From IMG/VR virus record IMGVR_UViG_3300042549_006728: DNA of 64,000 nt. One strand, written 5' to 3'. Position numbers and translations under genes: made by a program. The first letter of the stretch is position 1. Each line of letters starts with the position of its first letter. Positions 9,133 through 17,841 of the stretch are shown one piece after another. This DNA comes from a virus. Lineage: Duplodnaviria; Heunggongvirae; Uroviricota; Caudoviricetes. A model generated the notes under the pieces. That model did not search any database. It had not been told where the DNA came from and saw only the letters and a program-made list of their open reading frames with translations.

Positions 9133-10014
9133 TTAAAATACATTAATTTGTGTTAAATAATCTTTGTTAACAGTATAGTCTGAATTATATTCTACATCAT
9201 AATTTGATCTTGAATTAGTACAATATATGTGTTTAATATGCTGACTTAATTCATATAATCCGTTTGAGAAAATACCGTGAGTTATTGCTAATGAAACATT
9301 TGCCAATGGTCTTTCTTTATGTATTGCCTTAGCGATTTCGATAAAGGTTCTTCCACCGTCACAAATATCATCAACAATTAAAAAGTCATTAATTTTAGAA
9401 TCGATAAAATCTAATGGAACATGAGTACTTAAAATTTTACCACTTTTAATGTCTCTATGTTTTGACGCAATTAAAATATCTCTATCGTATTCTAATTTTT
9501 CTGCCAAATTATAAACCTTTTTCAATGCTCCCGCATCTGGTGAAACCAAAGTAAATGAATCAACTGCATTCCTTAGACTAATTTTATTATATTCTGTTAA
9601 TGCAACTTTGATGAACCAAGAATTATCTGAAACTATTAAGTTGTTAATACAGGCAGGCGCTACATCACTATGAACATCAATACATGTTACTGATTCATAA
9701 TTTTGTGCATTTATAATAGGTGCAATAACATCTCTTAAATAAGATGTACCACCAGTTACAAATTGTCTATCACTTCTCGCCCCTAATATGTATGGGATGT
9801 ATAAATGTATTTTCTCCACTTTTAGATTTCTAAGTGCCTTAGTTGCACATAATATTAATTCTAAATCTTTAAAAGAATTAAACCTAGACTTAATGGTTAC
9901 TTCTTTTATAGGAAAAGTATGACTCCCAATAACGATATCTTGTTGTCCATCAGGAAATTTAGATATCTTATATTTTATATTACTATTTTCTAAATTTTCT
10001 AAATTTAATTTCAT
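9133..10014 (-). CDS. prs: Ribose-phosphate pyrophosphokinase (PRPP synthetase)
   Basis: FPDGQ, ARSDRQ and the PRPP-binding loop LIVDDICDGGRT. Confidence 0.8.
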   Translation of the reverse strand: MKLNLENLENSNIKYKISKFPDGQQDIVIGSHTFPIKEVTIKSRFNSFKDLELILCATKALRNLKVEKIHLYIPYILGARSDRQFVTGGTSYLRDVIAPIINAQNYESVTCIDVHSDVAPACINNLIVSDNSWFIKVALTEYNKISLRNAVDSFTLVSPDAGALKKVYNLAEKLEYDRDILIASKHRDIKSGKILSTHVPLDFIDSKINDFLIVDDICDGGRTFIEIAKAIHKERPLANVSLAITHGIFSNGLYELSQHIKHIYCTNSRSNYDVEYNSDYTVNKDYLTQINVF

Positions 10015-10026
10015 ATATGTTTTTTA

Positions 10027-11628
10027 TTAAAGTGGTAAAGTAGTAAAATCTATTTTATTATTTTTATCTCTACTAAAGATGATATGTTGTGCCCTACCAT
10101 CATTATGGATGATAACATGTGTCTGTAACCAACCACTAGGACCATTATTATACCCAACTCTTAGTTTTGTACTCGTACCTACTGCCAATGCCCCATCTTT
10201 ACGTCCTGGTGAGTGATAATGTCCAACAACAATTTTAGTATTCAATTTACGAAATTGTTGTAAAGAACCTCTACTACCATTAGATCCAACGTCACCATGT
10301 TGTCCTAGTTCCCAATTCTTCACTTTGTAAGAATCATTTCTACCTAATGTGATAAATTTAGGGTATCTCTCATTGATGATGTCAGGTATTACACCTTTAA
10401 CGTCACTAGGATTTTCACCGTATTGTTTTAAAAGTCTGGAACTTAAATCCATATACAATGGTGCGTTTTTAAATGTAGGTTGTTTTTTCCAATCCTCATT
10501 TTTTAACCATCTATCTACAAAGTCATCATGATTTGATCTAACTATAACCACATTTTCAAAATCACTAAATCTATCTAGTTGATCCATCATAGTGAATATT
10601 TCTTTACCTAAATCATTAGTCCCATTCATTTCTTTACCATATTGTACAAATGGATCTTTCATCTGGTGGTGACTTATAGAGTCTCCATCAAATACATCAT
10701 GTAGAATAACATGTTTAGGGACTAAATCTACCATTAAATCAAATGTAGATTCTAATACATCTTCATCGTGATGTCCGTAGTGAAGGTCACCTAAAATTAT
10801 CGCAGATACGGATGAATTTTTATTAACGACACCTTTTTCTACTCTATTATATAAGTCTGAAAAATTACCACTCTTATCATCGGCAGTTACTTGTCTGACA
10901 AAAAATGTATCTTCATCTTTAATTTCCACAATAACAAAACCAAAAGTATGATGAAATTCACCTTTCTTACCTGATTTAGAATCAGTGTAATTCTTTTTAG
11001 TTATTGATCCTGTCGTTAACATCATCTTAGGTTTTTGTTTAACTAAAACAGGTATTGTCTCCATATGTACCTTTGGTGAACCAAAAATACAAGAATTAAT
11101 TCCACTCAAACCTTGTAATCCTGTCATAGGATCAACTGCGGTTGGTTGTATTTTAACATCTGATAGAATAGAAACATATTTATGTATGTCATGTCTATTA
11201 GCATCTAAGTACTTAACTATCTTACTATCCCAAAATTCGTTATTTTCTTGATTACTAGTCCATACAGATGTTGGATTTTTGTATCTACCTGCAATAACAT
11301 GTATATCAGCACCCAAATGATTTGCGTATGCCTCCATATTGGTGAGTAATCCGTTATGGACAGGTGTATTATTTTGTGCCCAAGTAATTAAAAATATCTT
11401 TTTATCTTTATCATACTTTTTTAATTTGGCAGCCTCAAATTGTTCCGACTCTTTATCTACTTTCTCTTTGAAATTAAATTTCTCCGAACACCATTTTCTT
11501 ATAGTCCTTTCCGATCTATCGAAATACTCAATTAGAATTGACATTCTCTCATCCCACTTTAAGTTTTTGTCAGTGTAGATGGAATAAGCATGTTCTATGT
11601 CTTTTTCTGTTACATCTTTAAATTTCAT
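10027..11628 (-). CDS. Metallophosphoesterase-domain protein with an unassigned N-terminal domain of about 270 aa
   Basis: GDLHYGHHD, LHDVFDGD and SNHDDF motifs in the C-terminal half. A PxHxG-like element in the N-terminal half may relate to NAD salvage. Confidence 0.65.
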   Translation of the reverse strand: MKFKDVTEKDIEHAYSIYTDKNLKWDERMSILIEYFDRSERTIRKWCSEKFNFKEKVDKESEQFEAAKLKKYDKDKKIFLITWAQNNTPVHNGLLTNMEAYANHLGADIHVIAGRYKNPTSVWTSNQENNEFWDSKIVKYLDANRHDIHKYVSILSDVKIQPTAVDPMTGLQGLSGINSCIFGSPKVHMETIPVLVKQKPKMMLTTGSITKKNYTDSKSGKKGEFHHTFGFVIVEIKDEDTFFVRQVTADDKSGNFSDLYNRVEKGVVNKNSSVSAIILGDLHYGHHDEDVLESTFDLMVDLVPKHVILHDVFDGDSISHHQMKDPFVQYGKEMNGTNDLGKEIFTMMDQLDRFSDFENVVIVRSNHDDFVDRWLKNEDWKKQPTFKNAPLYMDLSSRLLKQYGENPSDVKGVIPDIINERYPKFITLGRNDSYKVKNWELGQHGDVGSNGSRGSLQQFRKLNTKIVVGHYHSPGRKDGALAVGTSTKLRVGYNNGPSGWLQTHVIIHNDGRAQHIIFSRDKNNKIDFTTLPL

Positions 11629-11682
11629 AATGTTTTTTTTTAAATTTAATTATAATTTTATTAAAAATCAATAGATTAGATT

Positions 11683-12417
11683 TTATAATTCAAATGTGGG
11701 TTTTAACCAAAGTCCTCTACTGAATATTAATTTAGTAAAACCTGGTATTCTTTGTTCCACCATACCAAATAAAGTTAATGTCGCCACAGTATCATGTTTC
11801 ATCATTTTTAAAACTTCCTCTCTGATTCTTTCTGCAGATACAACATCTTTAAGTTTATCCATTATTTCAGGTTGTTCCATAGCCCTAAAAATAGACTGGT
11901 GTATGAAGAATCCTTTAGTGATAGAAAATCTTAATGCCCTAAGAAATCTGAGTGGATCATCCATCATTGTTTGTTCGGCAGGTAAAGGAGTTTTTAGTAG
12001 TCTCGCACTTAAATGACCTTTACCGCCAAATAAATCAATTAGATTCCCATTTTCATCTTCCGCCATCGAATTCAATGTGAAATCTCTTCTAATTAGATCA
12101 TCTTCTAATGTCCCTAATTCTAAAATAGGTTGTCTAGTCCCTTCTTTGTAACCGACCTCTTTTCTTGCGAGAACAAAGTCCGCAACTAATCCTTCGTTAA
12201 CATCACCTTTAGGAAATTTAGCTCTGATAGTGAACATCTCTGGAGTAGAAAGGAATATAGTAAACTCTTTATGTTCCATCCATTGTTTCATTATTTCGAA
12301 ACCTTCATCTACTGTTCTATCTATGTTGTCGAGTACAAATGTGAAGTCAATATCTTTAGATTCAACACCTAAGATACTATCTCTTACACAACCACCAACT
12401 TTATATATCTGAGGCAT
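11683..12417 (-). CDS. tRNA nucleotidyltransferase (CCA-adding) / poly(A) polymerase head-domain protein
   Basis: GGCVRD...DIDF class II nucleotidyltransferase motif; 244 aa. Confidence 0.7.
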   Translation of the reverse strand: MPQIYKVGGCVRDSILGVESKDIDFTFVLDNIDRTVDEGFEIMKQWMEHKEFTIFLSTPEMFTIRAKFPKGDVNEGLVADFVLARKEVGYKEGTRQPILELGTLEDDLIRRDFTLNSMAEDENGNLIDLFGGKGHLSARLLKTPLPAEQTMMDDPLRFLRALRFSITKGFFIHQSIFRAMEQPEIMDKLKDVVSAERIREEVLKMMKHDTVATLTLFGMVEQRIPGFTKLIFSRGLWLKPTFEL

Positions 12418-12419
12418 AA

Positions 12420-12656
12420 CTATTCAGGTAATAATCCAACTCTCTCAATGAGATTCCAAACTCTTTCTTTGTATTGATCAACTGTTTCATCACCAATTTC
12501 AGTTATTCCACGATCAGTCATTTCAGCTAGATAATCTAAAAGTTCTCTAGTAACTTTATCGATATCTTCGATAGATAGTTCACCTCTCTTAACTCCGTTT
12601 TTTAGGATTTGGTACTTTACCATAACCATTTTAGAAACTTTTACACCCATAGTCAT
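12420..12656 (-). CDS. Hypothetical protein
   Basis: ORF only. Confidence 0.45.
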   Translation of the reverse strand: MTMGVKVSKMVMVKYQILKNGVKRGELSIEDIDKVTRELLDYLAEMTDRGITEIGDETVDQYKERVWNLIERVGLLPE

Positions 12657-12900
12657 TTGTTTTATTTTATCAAAGATATATATAATACTTCAATCTGCCA
12701 AATTTTTTGGTTATTTATATTGGTTATAAATAAGGTGATAGTGATGGAGTACCCGTCTCGCTCCAATCTTAAGTGCTTAATCGTAGTTTTACGAGGCCTC
12801 GGCACTGTCCTTTTCAGGGGGTGATGAATTCCTGATCCACTCTGGATTGTCGACATCCGTTGAGTGGGGAAAACCACTATCAGTATTTTAATTGTTTATG

Positions 12901-12974
12901 TGGTCCTTGTTGGAATCGAACCAACCACCTACTGATTATGAGTCAGTTGCTCTAACCGAATGAGCTAAAGGACC
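12901..12974 (-). tRNA. tRNA-Met (anticodon CAU)
   Basis: Hand-folded cloverleaf: acceptor GGTCCTT/AAGGACC, D GCTC-ATTCGGTTA-GAGC, anticodon loop CTCATAA, T-loop TTCGATT. Confidence 0.8.
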
Positions 12975-13135
12975 AATTAGCGGAGATTTCATCCCATCCA
13001 TTGATCACCCAAGGACTCGTTTCTAATGTATTTGGCACTCCGCCATTGTAAGTTTTCTGTTGCTTACGCCCTCATTCGTGGACTTCCGACATCCCAATGA
13101 GTTTTACCGTCCTATCGGAGTCAGGTAACCGCTTG

Positions 13136-13227
13136 TAGTCAGGACAGGACTCGAACCTGTATGTACAGTTATACAGAACTGCACATCCCTGTATGGATAT
13201 TTGCGTCTACCATTTCGCCACCTGACT
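13136..13227 (-). ncRNA. tRNA-like element with canonical acceptor, D and T arms but an atypical central module
   Basis: AGTCAGG-TG-GCGAAATGGTAGACGC ... ACAGG-TTCGAGT-CCTGT-CCTGACT-A. The middle carries two hairpins, one of them CAGTT-CTGTATA-AACTG. Confidence 0.45.
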
Positions 13228-13418
13228 ATAAAAACACACTCTTCAGCTTTCTACTTCCAGCTCCGAGAAATTATATATAACTTAGCCCATCTCACCGCTG
13301 TATGGGAACTGAAGTTTATGTGTCTTAAGGTTGAGAGCCTCTGTGTTGTAATGTTAATTCTACATTTACATTATTTATTACGTTTAATTCCTTTCTCAAG
13401 GGAACAACACAATAATTA

Positions 13419-13494
13419 TAGATAGGGTGGGATTCGAACCCACAATGAACAACCTTAAAAGGACTCGGCACCGTGCCTCATTACGCTCCTACCT
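13419..13494 (-). tRNA. tRNA-like, 76 nt, anticodon arm unresolved (loop contains UUUUAAG)
   Basis: T-arm GTGGG-TTCGAAT-CCCAC and acceptor AGGTAGG/CCTATCT. I could not fold a canonical anticodon stem. Confidence 0.3.
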
Positions 13495-13500
13495 ACACTG

Positions 13501-13577
13501 AACTACCCATAGGACTCGAACCTACAACCCTTCGGCCTTAGTGACCAATGTGCAAACCAATTTACACCATAAGTAGT
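13501..13577 (-). tRNA. tRNA-like with anticodon loop CACUAAG (possible CUA anticodon, A33 atypical)
   Basis: Acceptor ACTACTT/GGGTAGT, D GTGT..GCAC, anticodon stem TTGGT/GCCGA, T-arm GTAGG-TTCGAGT-CCTAT. Confidence 0.35.
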
Positions 13578-13673
13578 TAATCAAGAAAACATATCAGAAA
13601 TTACTGGTACCAAATCTCACTGCGATATATGATACATCTTCTTGTTAGGATTGGTTAATTACTCCTATCTTTG

Positions 13674-13745
13674 TACTCCCACGGAGAATCGAACTCCGAT
13701 TTTCAGGATGAAAACCTGATGTCCTAACCGTTAGACGATGGGAGC
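13674..13745 (-). tRNA. tRNA-Glu (UUC)
   Basis: Acceptor GCTCCCA/TGGGAGT, Glu-like D-arm TC-GTCT-AACGGTTAGGAC, anticodon stem-loop TCAGG-TTTTCAT-CCTGA. Confidence 0.7.
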
Positions 13746-13964
13746 AAATTGTGACAACCTTTGGGTTCGATTGTCACTTTTACGTGAAAGGAGTGATCAG
13801 ACCCTCTAACATCACGAGTGTAAGTTTTTCACATTAAACTATCTCTACAAAACGTCAGTTTTTATCGCCCTTAAACTGAATAAACGGTTTGACACTTTGT
13901 ATCCCCTTTTTTAAGTGCGTGATACATCTTCTCTCAAACTGAACTCTACTGAGAACACTCCCTG

Positions 13965-14036
13965 CGGTCTATGAGAGAATCGAACTCTCGGCACATCCGT
14001 GACAGGGATGTATGTTAGCCACTACACTAATAAACC
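13965..14036 (-). tRNA. tRNA-Asp (GUC)
   Basis: Acceptor GGTTTAT/ATAGACC, anticodon stem-loop CATCC-CTGTCAC-GGATG, T-arm GAGAG-TTCGATT-CTCTC. Confidence 0.75.
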
Positions 14037-14261
14037 AAGTTTCCCCACTCTGAGATTACAAGTGAGTAGTCGTATCGGTTTTTTTTCTATTTGAAAAACC
14101 TGATGGGCATCCCCGTTGAAAAAGTCAGCTCTATACGTCAGCAGTGCAGAACCTCGCTACTGTTATTCTGAATCGATTGCCTTAGGGAGGCGTTTTTTAA
14201 CCCTATCCATTGTTAAATGAGTCTTGGATAAAAGACTACTGAGTATCTCTTACTCATTATG

Positions 14262-14418
14262 TAGTTGGGGTAGGACTCGAACCTACATAAACACTTTGAA
14301 ATTTACCTACGCACCGTGAGGTAGTGTTCTTCATCATTTGCATTGCCTAACCATTGATCGATTTTACGTTTCGGCTGCCGTGCGTGTCAATAAGCGTCTA
14401 CCATTTCGCCACCCAACC
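14262..14418 (-). ncRNA. tRNA-like element with an insert of about 105 nt between the D-arm and T-arm
   Basis: GGTTGGG-TG-GCGAAATGGTAGACGC ... GTAGG-TTCGAGT-CCTAC-CCCAACT. The acceptor pairs cleanly. Confidence 0.45.
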
Positions 14419-14466
14419 ATACTACATCTCCTTTCGATTCTATAAGGAATCTACTCCGTTCTGTTG

Positions 14467-14540
14467 TACACCCGCCAGGATTCGAACCTGGGACCTATTC
14501 ATTAGAAGTGAATTGCTCTATCCAGCTGAGCTACGGGTGC
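14467..14540 (-). tRNA. tRNA-Arg (UCU)
   Basis: GCACCCG-TA-GCTC-AGCTGGATA-GAGC-A-ATTCA-CTTCTAA-TGAAT-AGGTC-CCAGG-TTCGAAT-CCTGG-CGGGTGT. Confidence 0.85.
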
Positions 14541-14759
14541 AAATAAAAGATGATAAATGGATTTATCAGGAATCTGGCTATAACCATAAACACTTCCTAT
14601 AATTTCTATACTATTGTCATTAGCGTATATGAGCTTCACACACCATTAGAGAGTCGGGTTGTTACATCAATACAATTAAGATCGAATACCTTTCCTTAGT
14701 GTGTACCTTTGCGTCACGTCTCTCCACGCTTACCATTCTACGCTTTGTATCATCTTTTG

Positions 14760-14843
14760 TACTCGAATCGGGACTTGAACCCGAACGGGCAATTGCCCAC
14801 AAGATTTTAAGTCTGGCGTGTCTACCGATTCCACCATCCGAGC
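14760..14843 (-). tRNA. tRNA-Leu (UAA), type II
   Basis: GCTCGGA-TG-GTGGAATCGGTAGACAC-G-CCAGA-CTTAAAA-TCTGG, then variable arm GGGCAATTGCCC, then T-arm. Confidence 0.85.
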
Positions 14844-15021
14844 TTATGAGGGTGAGAAGTCCTCTGTGTTGTGAGTTTTAGAACCAAAGGAACCGCACCC
14901 ATCCATCCTTTCTCAAGGGAACAACACAATATTCTTTATAACCAATATGTCAATGAACTTATTTTCTTTTTCAAAGTTAAATATAAAAAACCAAATTGTC
15001 AATTATTTTTAAACTTTTTTT

Positions 15022-15282
15022 TTATTTCCTTTTTGATAATATGTCATCAATCTTCTGTAATGTTTCTGGATCTGTTATTGGTAAAAGAGAAATAATATCT
15101 AATCGTGTTTTCATTTCTTCTTTTAACCCCCAACCACTACCACAGGTTTTTGCTTGTTCACCAAACATATTAATAAACTGATCCTCAACAACACTTCTCA
15201 ATGGATAATCACCACCAAAAGGTACTTTACTTCTGTCAATAGGACCTATTTTACAAAACCAATATTCTAAATTATTTTCCAT
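15022..15282 (-). CDS. Hypothetical protein
   Basis: 86-aa ORF inside the tRNA island. Confidence 0.45.
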   Translation of the reverse strand: MENNLEYWFCKIGPIDRSKVPFGGDYPLRSVVEDQFINMFGEQAKTCGSGWGLKEEMKTRLDIISLLPITDPETLQKIDDILSKRK

Positions 15283-15374
15283 TTATTTTATTTTTTGTAG
15301 TTAGAGTAGAACTCTAACCTACGACTTAGATATTATGAGGATCTAGATATACCACTGTTCTACCCCGATATATA

Positions 15375-15644
15375 TTATTTCAATAAACTTATAACATACG
15401 GTTTAAATATGGTTAATTTAGTTCCGTCTGAATTATAATACCAGACAGAATCCTTGTTCATACCGTATATCGTATCAGTATATGCAACTGCTGGTCGAAG
15501 TTCTTGTGTTACATTTACTTCATTCCAATCAACTTGTCTTTCGATCATGACTGGAACTTGACCTTCAATTTTGTACTTATAAGTTTTACCTTTACAAGAA
15601 AGGAATAAAACCGTTAATACTGTTGTATAAAATACCTTTTTCAT
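15375..15644 (-). CDS. Putative lipoprotein
   Basis: Signal peptide with lipobox MKKVFYTTVLTVLFLSC. Confidence 0.5.
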   Translation of the reverse strand: MKKVFYTTVLTVLFLSCKGKTYKYKIEGQVPVMIERQVDWNEVNVTQELRPAVAYTDTIYGMNKDSVWYYNSDGTKLTIFKPYVISLLK

Positions 15645-15658
15645 AACTATTTGTTTTG

Positions 15659-15775
15659 TAGTCAGAACAGGATTCGAACCTGTGTTTACACTTTACTTGT
15701 ATTAGTTGTGTCCGATAGATTGGGTATCAATACATTTCCCGCACCACCTGCTCTTAACCACTGAGCTACCTGACT
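15659..15775 (-). ncRNA. tRNA-like element with a type-I D-arm and an insert of about 65 nt replacing the anticodon arm
   Basis: AGTCAGG-TA-GCTC-AGTGGTTA-GAGC-A ... ACAGG-TTCGAAT-CCTGT-TCTGACT. Confidence 0.45.
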
Positions 15776-15869
15776 ATTTTATTTAACGATTCGGAAACCA
15801 ATATTCCCCTATATAGTAACCATTTTCATTACACCATTGTTCTAATTCATTCATAATTTTTATTTTTTG

Positions 15870-15994
15870 TAGTCAGGACAGGATTCGAACCTGTATGATA
15901 ACTTATGAGCAGTCTTAACGGGTCTTTCGAGGTTACTCGCGTTATCTTTACTATTAACCTTTATTCATGCGTCTACCAATTCCGCCACCTGACT
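15870..15994 (-). ncRNA. tRNA-like element with a central insert of about 74 nt
   Basis: AGTCAGG-TG-GCGGAATTGGTAGACGC ... ACAGG-TTCGAAT-CCTGT-CCTGACT. Confidence 0.45.
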
Positions 15995-15999
15995 ATTTG

Positions 16000-16194
16000 T
16001 TAATCTTGTCTTGAGTTAATATAACCAAATACATTTTCACCAAAAACAGATTTCATTGCCGTTTCAAAAATGTAATGGTTGTAATCATTGTCTTCATAGT
16101 ATTCTTCATCATTATCAACGAAATCAAGGTATTCTTGACAGATTTTTTTTAATTCATCTAAATTTGGTTTTTCTAATTGATGTGGTTTTTCCAT
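16000..16194 (-). CDS. Small acidic hypothetical protein
   Basis: ORF only. Confidence 0.4.
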   Translation of the reverse strand: MEKPHQLEKPNLDELKKICQEYLDFVDNDEEYYEDNDYNHYIFETAMKSVFGENVFGYINSRQD

Positions 16195-16210
16195 GTTATT
16201 TTATTTTTTG

Positions 16211-16292
16211 TAGTCAGGACAGGATTCGAACCTGTAACATAACAATCGCTTTCAACCTTCTAGTTAGCGTCTACCAATTCCGCCACCTGACT
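16211..16292 (-). ncRNA. tRNA-like element of tRNA length with no foldable anticodon arm
   Basis: Same acceptor, D and T sequences as the 15870 element. The 31-nt middle (TAACTAGAAGGTTGAAAGCGATTGTTATGTT) has no 5-7-5 hairpin. Confidence 0.45.
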
Positions 16293-16336
16293 ATATTAAA
16301 AAGGGAGTGATGTTAACGACTCACCCCCATTATTTA

Positions 16337-17284
16337 TTACTTAATGTTTAGGAATGTTCCTGATCCACCTGCTACAGTAGTTGGTAATTTTCCATCCCAT
16401 TTCTGAGCCTTTAAAAACTCAACGTATAAAGGTGTAATCTCTTTTTGTTTGAGTTTCATTGTTAAGGCAGATGCTTGTGCATCAATCACTGATTTCGCAG
16501 AATCACCTCTAGCAATTGCAATTTTCTCAAACGCCTCTGCCTGTGCAACCAAAGTACGTTGCTGAGCCGCCTGTGCCTCTTGTACCGCTTTAGTTTTACC
16601 TTCGATAGCTTTTTGTAGTGACTTAGGTGGGATAATATTAGTACGTAACTGAGATACTGTAAACCACTTAGATACTCTTTTATTACACTCCACTATGATA
16701 GCTGATTCAAATTCTTCTCTTTTATTAAAGATTGCGTCAACTTCCCAACGATTGGCTACATCATTAACAGATGATACGATAGCGTTCTTTAACCATCCCT
16801 GCTCAATCTCTTTAATGTCTAATCGAAGGTTGGTAAACATATCCCCAATCGCATCTTCTCTAAGTGAATAGTTAAAAGACGGTTTGATTGTTGCGGCAAA
16901 CCCACCTTTTGTGATAACTTGTTGTGCATCGTACTCAATGTGTTGTTGAAACAGTGGGAATTCTTTTACTTGTTCCGTCCAATCGTTATAAACAACCCAT
17001 CCTGTTTTGTACTGATACTTTGCAACACCTCTTTCAGAACCAGTTAAATTAACTTTAAGTCCTTTGTTACCCGCATCAATTCTCTCAATTGCGAATGGTT
17101 GTAATAATCCAACCAAAATCGATAAAAATAAAATTCCGATAGGTTTTACTAACCACTTTGAGTTAAAATTGTCACTATCATCACCCCATCGATCCTTTCC
17201 TGTAATATACATTACATCTTTTGTTGTAAACGCAGTAAATACTGCGACTAATAACCCAATAATAAAAATACTAAATCCAATCAT
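16337..17284 (-). CDS. SPFH/band-7 (prohibitin/HflC-like) membrane protein
   Basis: N-terminal TM helix and a coiled-coil AQAEAFEKIAIARGDSAKSVIDAQA band-7 C-terminal region. Confidence 0.6.
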   Translation of the reverse strand: MIGFSIFIIGLLVAVFTAFTTKDVMYITGKDRWGDDSDNFNSKWLVKPIGILFLSILVGLLQPFAIERIDAGNKGLKVNLTGSERGVAKYQYKTGWVVYNDWTEQVKEFPLFQQHIEYDAQQVITKGGFAATIKPSFNYSLREDAIGDMFTNLRLDIKEIEQGWLKNAIVSSVNDVANRWEVDAIFNKREEFESAIIVECNKRVSKWFTVSQLRTNIIPPKSLQKAIEGKTKAVQEAQAAQQRTLVAQAEAFEKIAIARGDSAKSVIDAQASALTMKLKQKEITPLYVEFLKAQKWDGKLPTTVAGGSGTFLNIK

Positions 17285-17475
17285 TTTTCTTTGTTTTTGT
17301 TTTTAAATAAAATACTTGCGGTTATGCCTACTAAATATATAAGGACTCCTACCAACCCGACAAACCCTAAAAGTTGGAGGTACCCGTTAACTTCTCTATT
17401 TACGATGTACTCACCGTAAAGTGATATGATTACTATAAAACCTAACCACATCAATACTAATTTAAAATAATTCAT
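17281..17475 (-). CDS. Small membrane protein (2 TM)
   Basis: ORF preceded by a TATATTTGTAAAAAAAA motif. Confidence 0.45.
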   Translation of the reverse strand: MNYFKLVLMWLGFIVIISLYGEYIVNREVNGYLQLLGFVGLVGVLIYLVGITASILFKNKNKEK

Positions 17476-17477
17476 TT

Positions 17478-17505
17478 TCTTTTTTTTACAAATATATGTT
17501 ATTTA
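17478..17505 (-). promoter_or_regulatory. Promoter-like TAnnTTTG motif
   Basis: Minus-strand reading is ACATATATTTGTAAAAAAAAGAAA followed by ATG. Confidence 0.45.
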
Positions 17506-17838
17506 ATCCATAACTCCTAATTTATTTTCTAAAAAATAACATTCTTTTAAATCATAAAAAATTCCATTGGTTGATTCAATCTGAAATGTAGGCTGGAATG
17601 CCATATATTTTATCTCACCTTTAGACTCTGGTTTTTCCATTGTCCTAGTACCTTTAACTGAATGATCCGCAATATATATTAATGACTTTTCTGTGTCTTC
17701 ATCAAAAATAAAAGACTGTTGTACAGATATACGTTTGACTATACCTTTGGCTCTACCGTATTTACTTTTATAAACAAATTCTCTACCAACATACATCTCA
17801 TTAAAGGTATCTCTTAATTTACTTAAATTTTCTTCCAT
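17503..17838 (-). CDS. Hypothetical protein
   Basis: ORF only. Confidence 0.5.
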   Translation of the reverse strand: MEENLSKLRDTFNEMYVGREFVYKSKYGRAKGIVKRISVQQSFIFDEDTEKSLIYIADHSVKGTRTMEKPESKGEIKYMAFQPTFQIESTNGIFYDLKECYFLENKLGVMD

Positions 17839-17841
17839 ATA

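Noticed and set aside
12609-12877. Track ORFs 12609-12824 and 12662-12877, and similarly 13201-13425, 14354-15181, 16056-16310 and 28724-28954, lying inside the tRNA islands.
   Set aside because: They overlap tRNA genes or GC-enriched structured spacers. Their apparent length comes from the GC-richer RNA sequence, not from coding.
13746-13800. Plus-strand hairpin GTGACAA-cctttgggttcga-TTGTCAC at 13751-13777, considered as a tRNA on the plus strand.
   Set aside because: It contains a TTCGA core but has no acceptor or D arms. It is more likely a spacer hairpin or a weak terminator.
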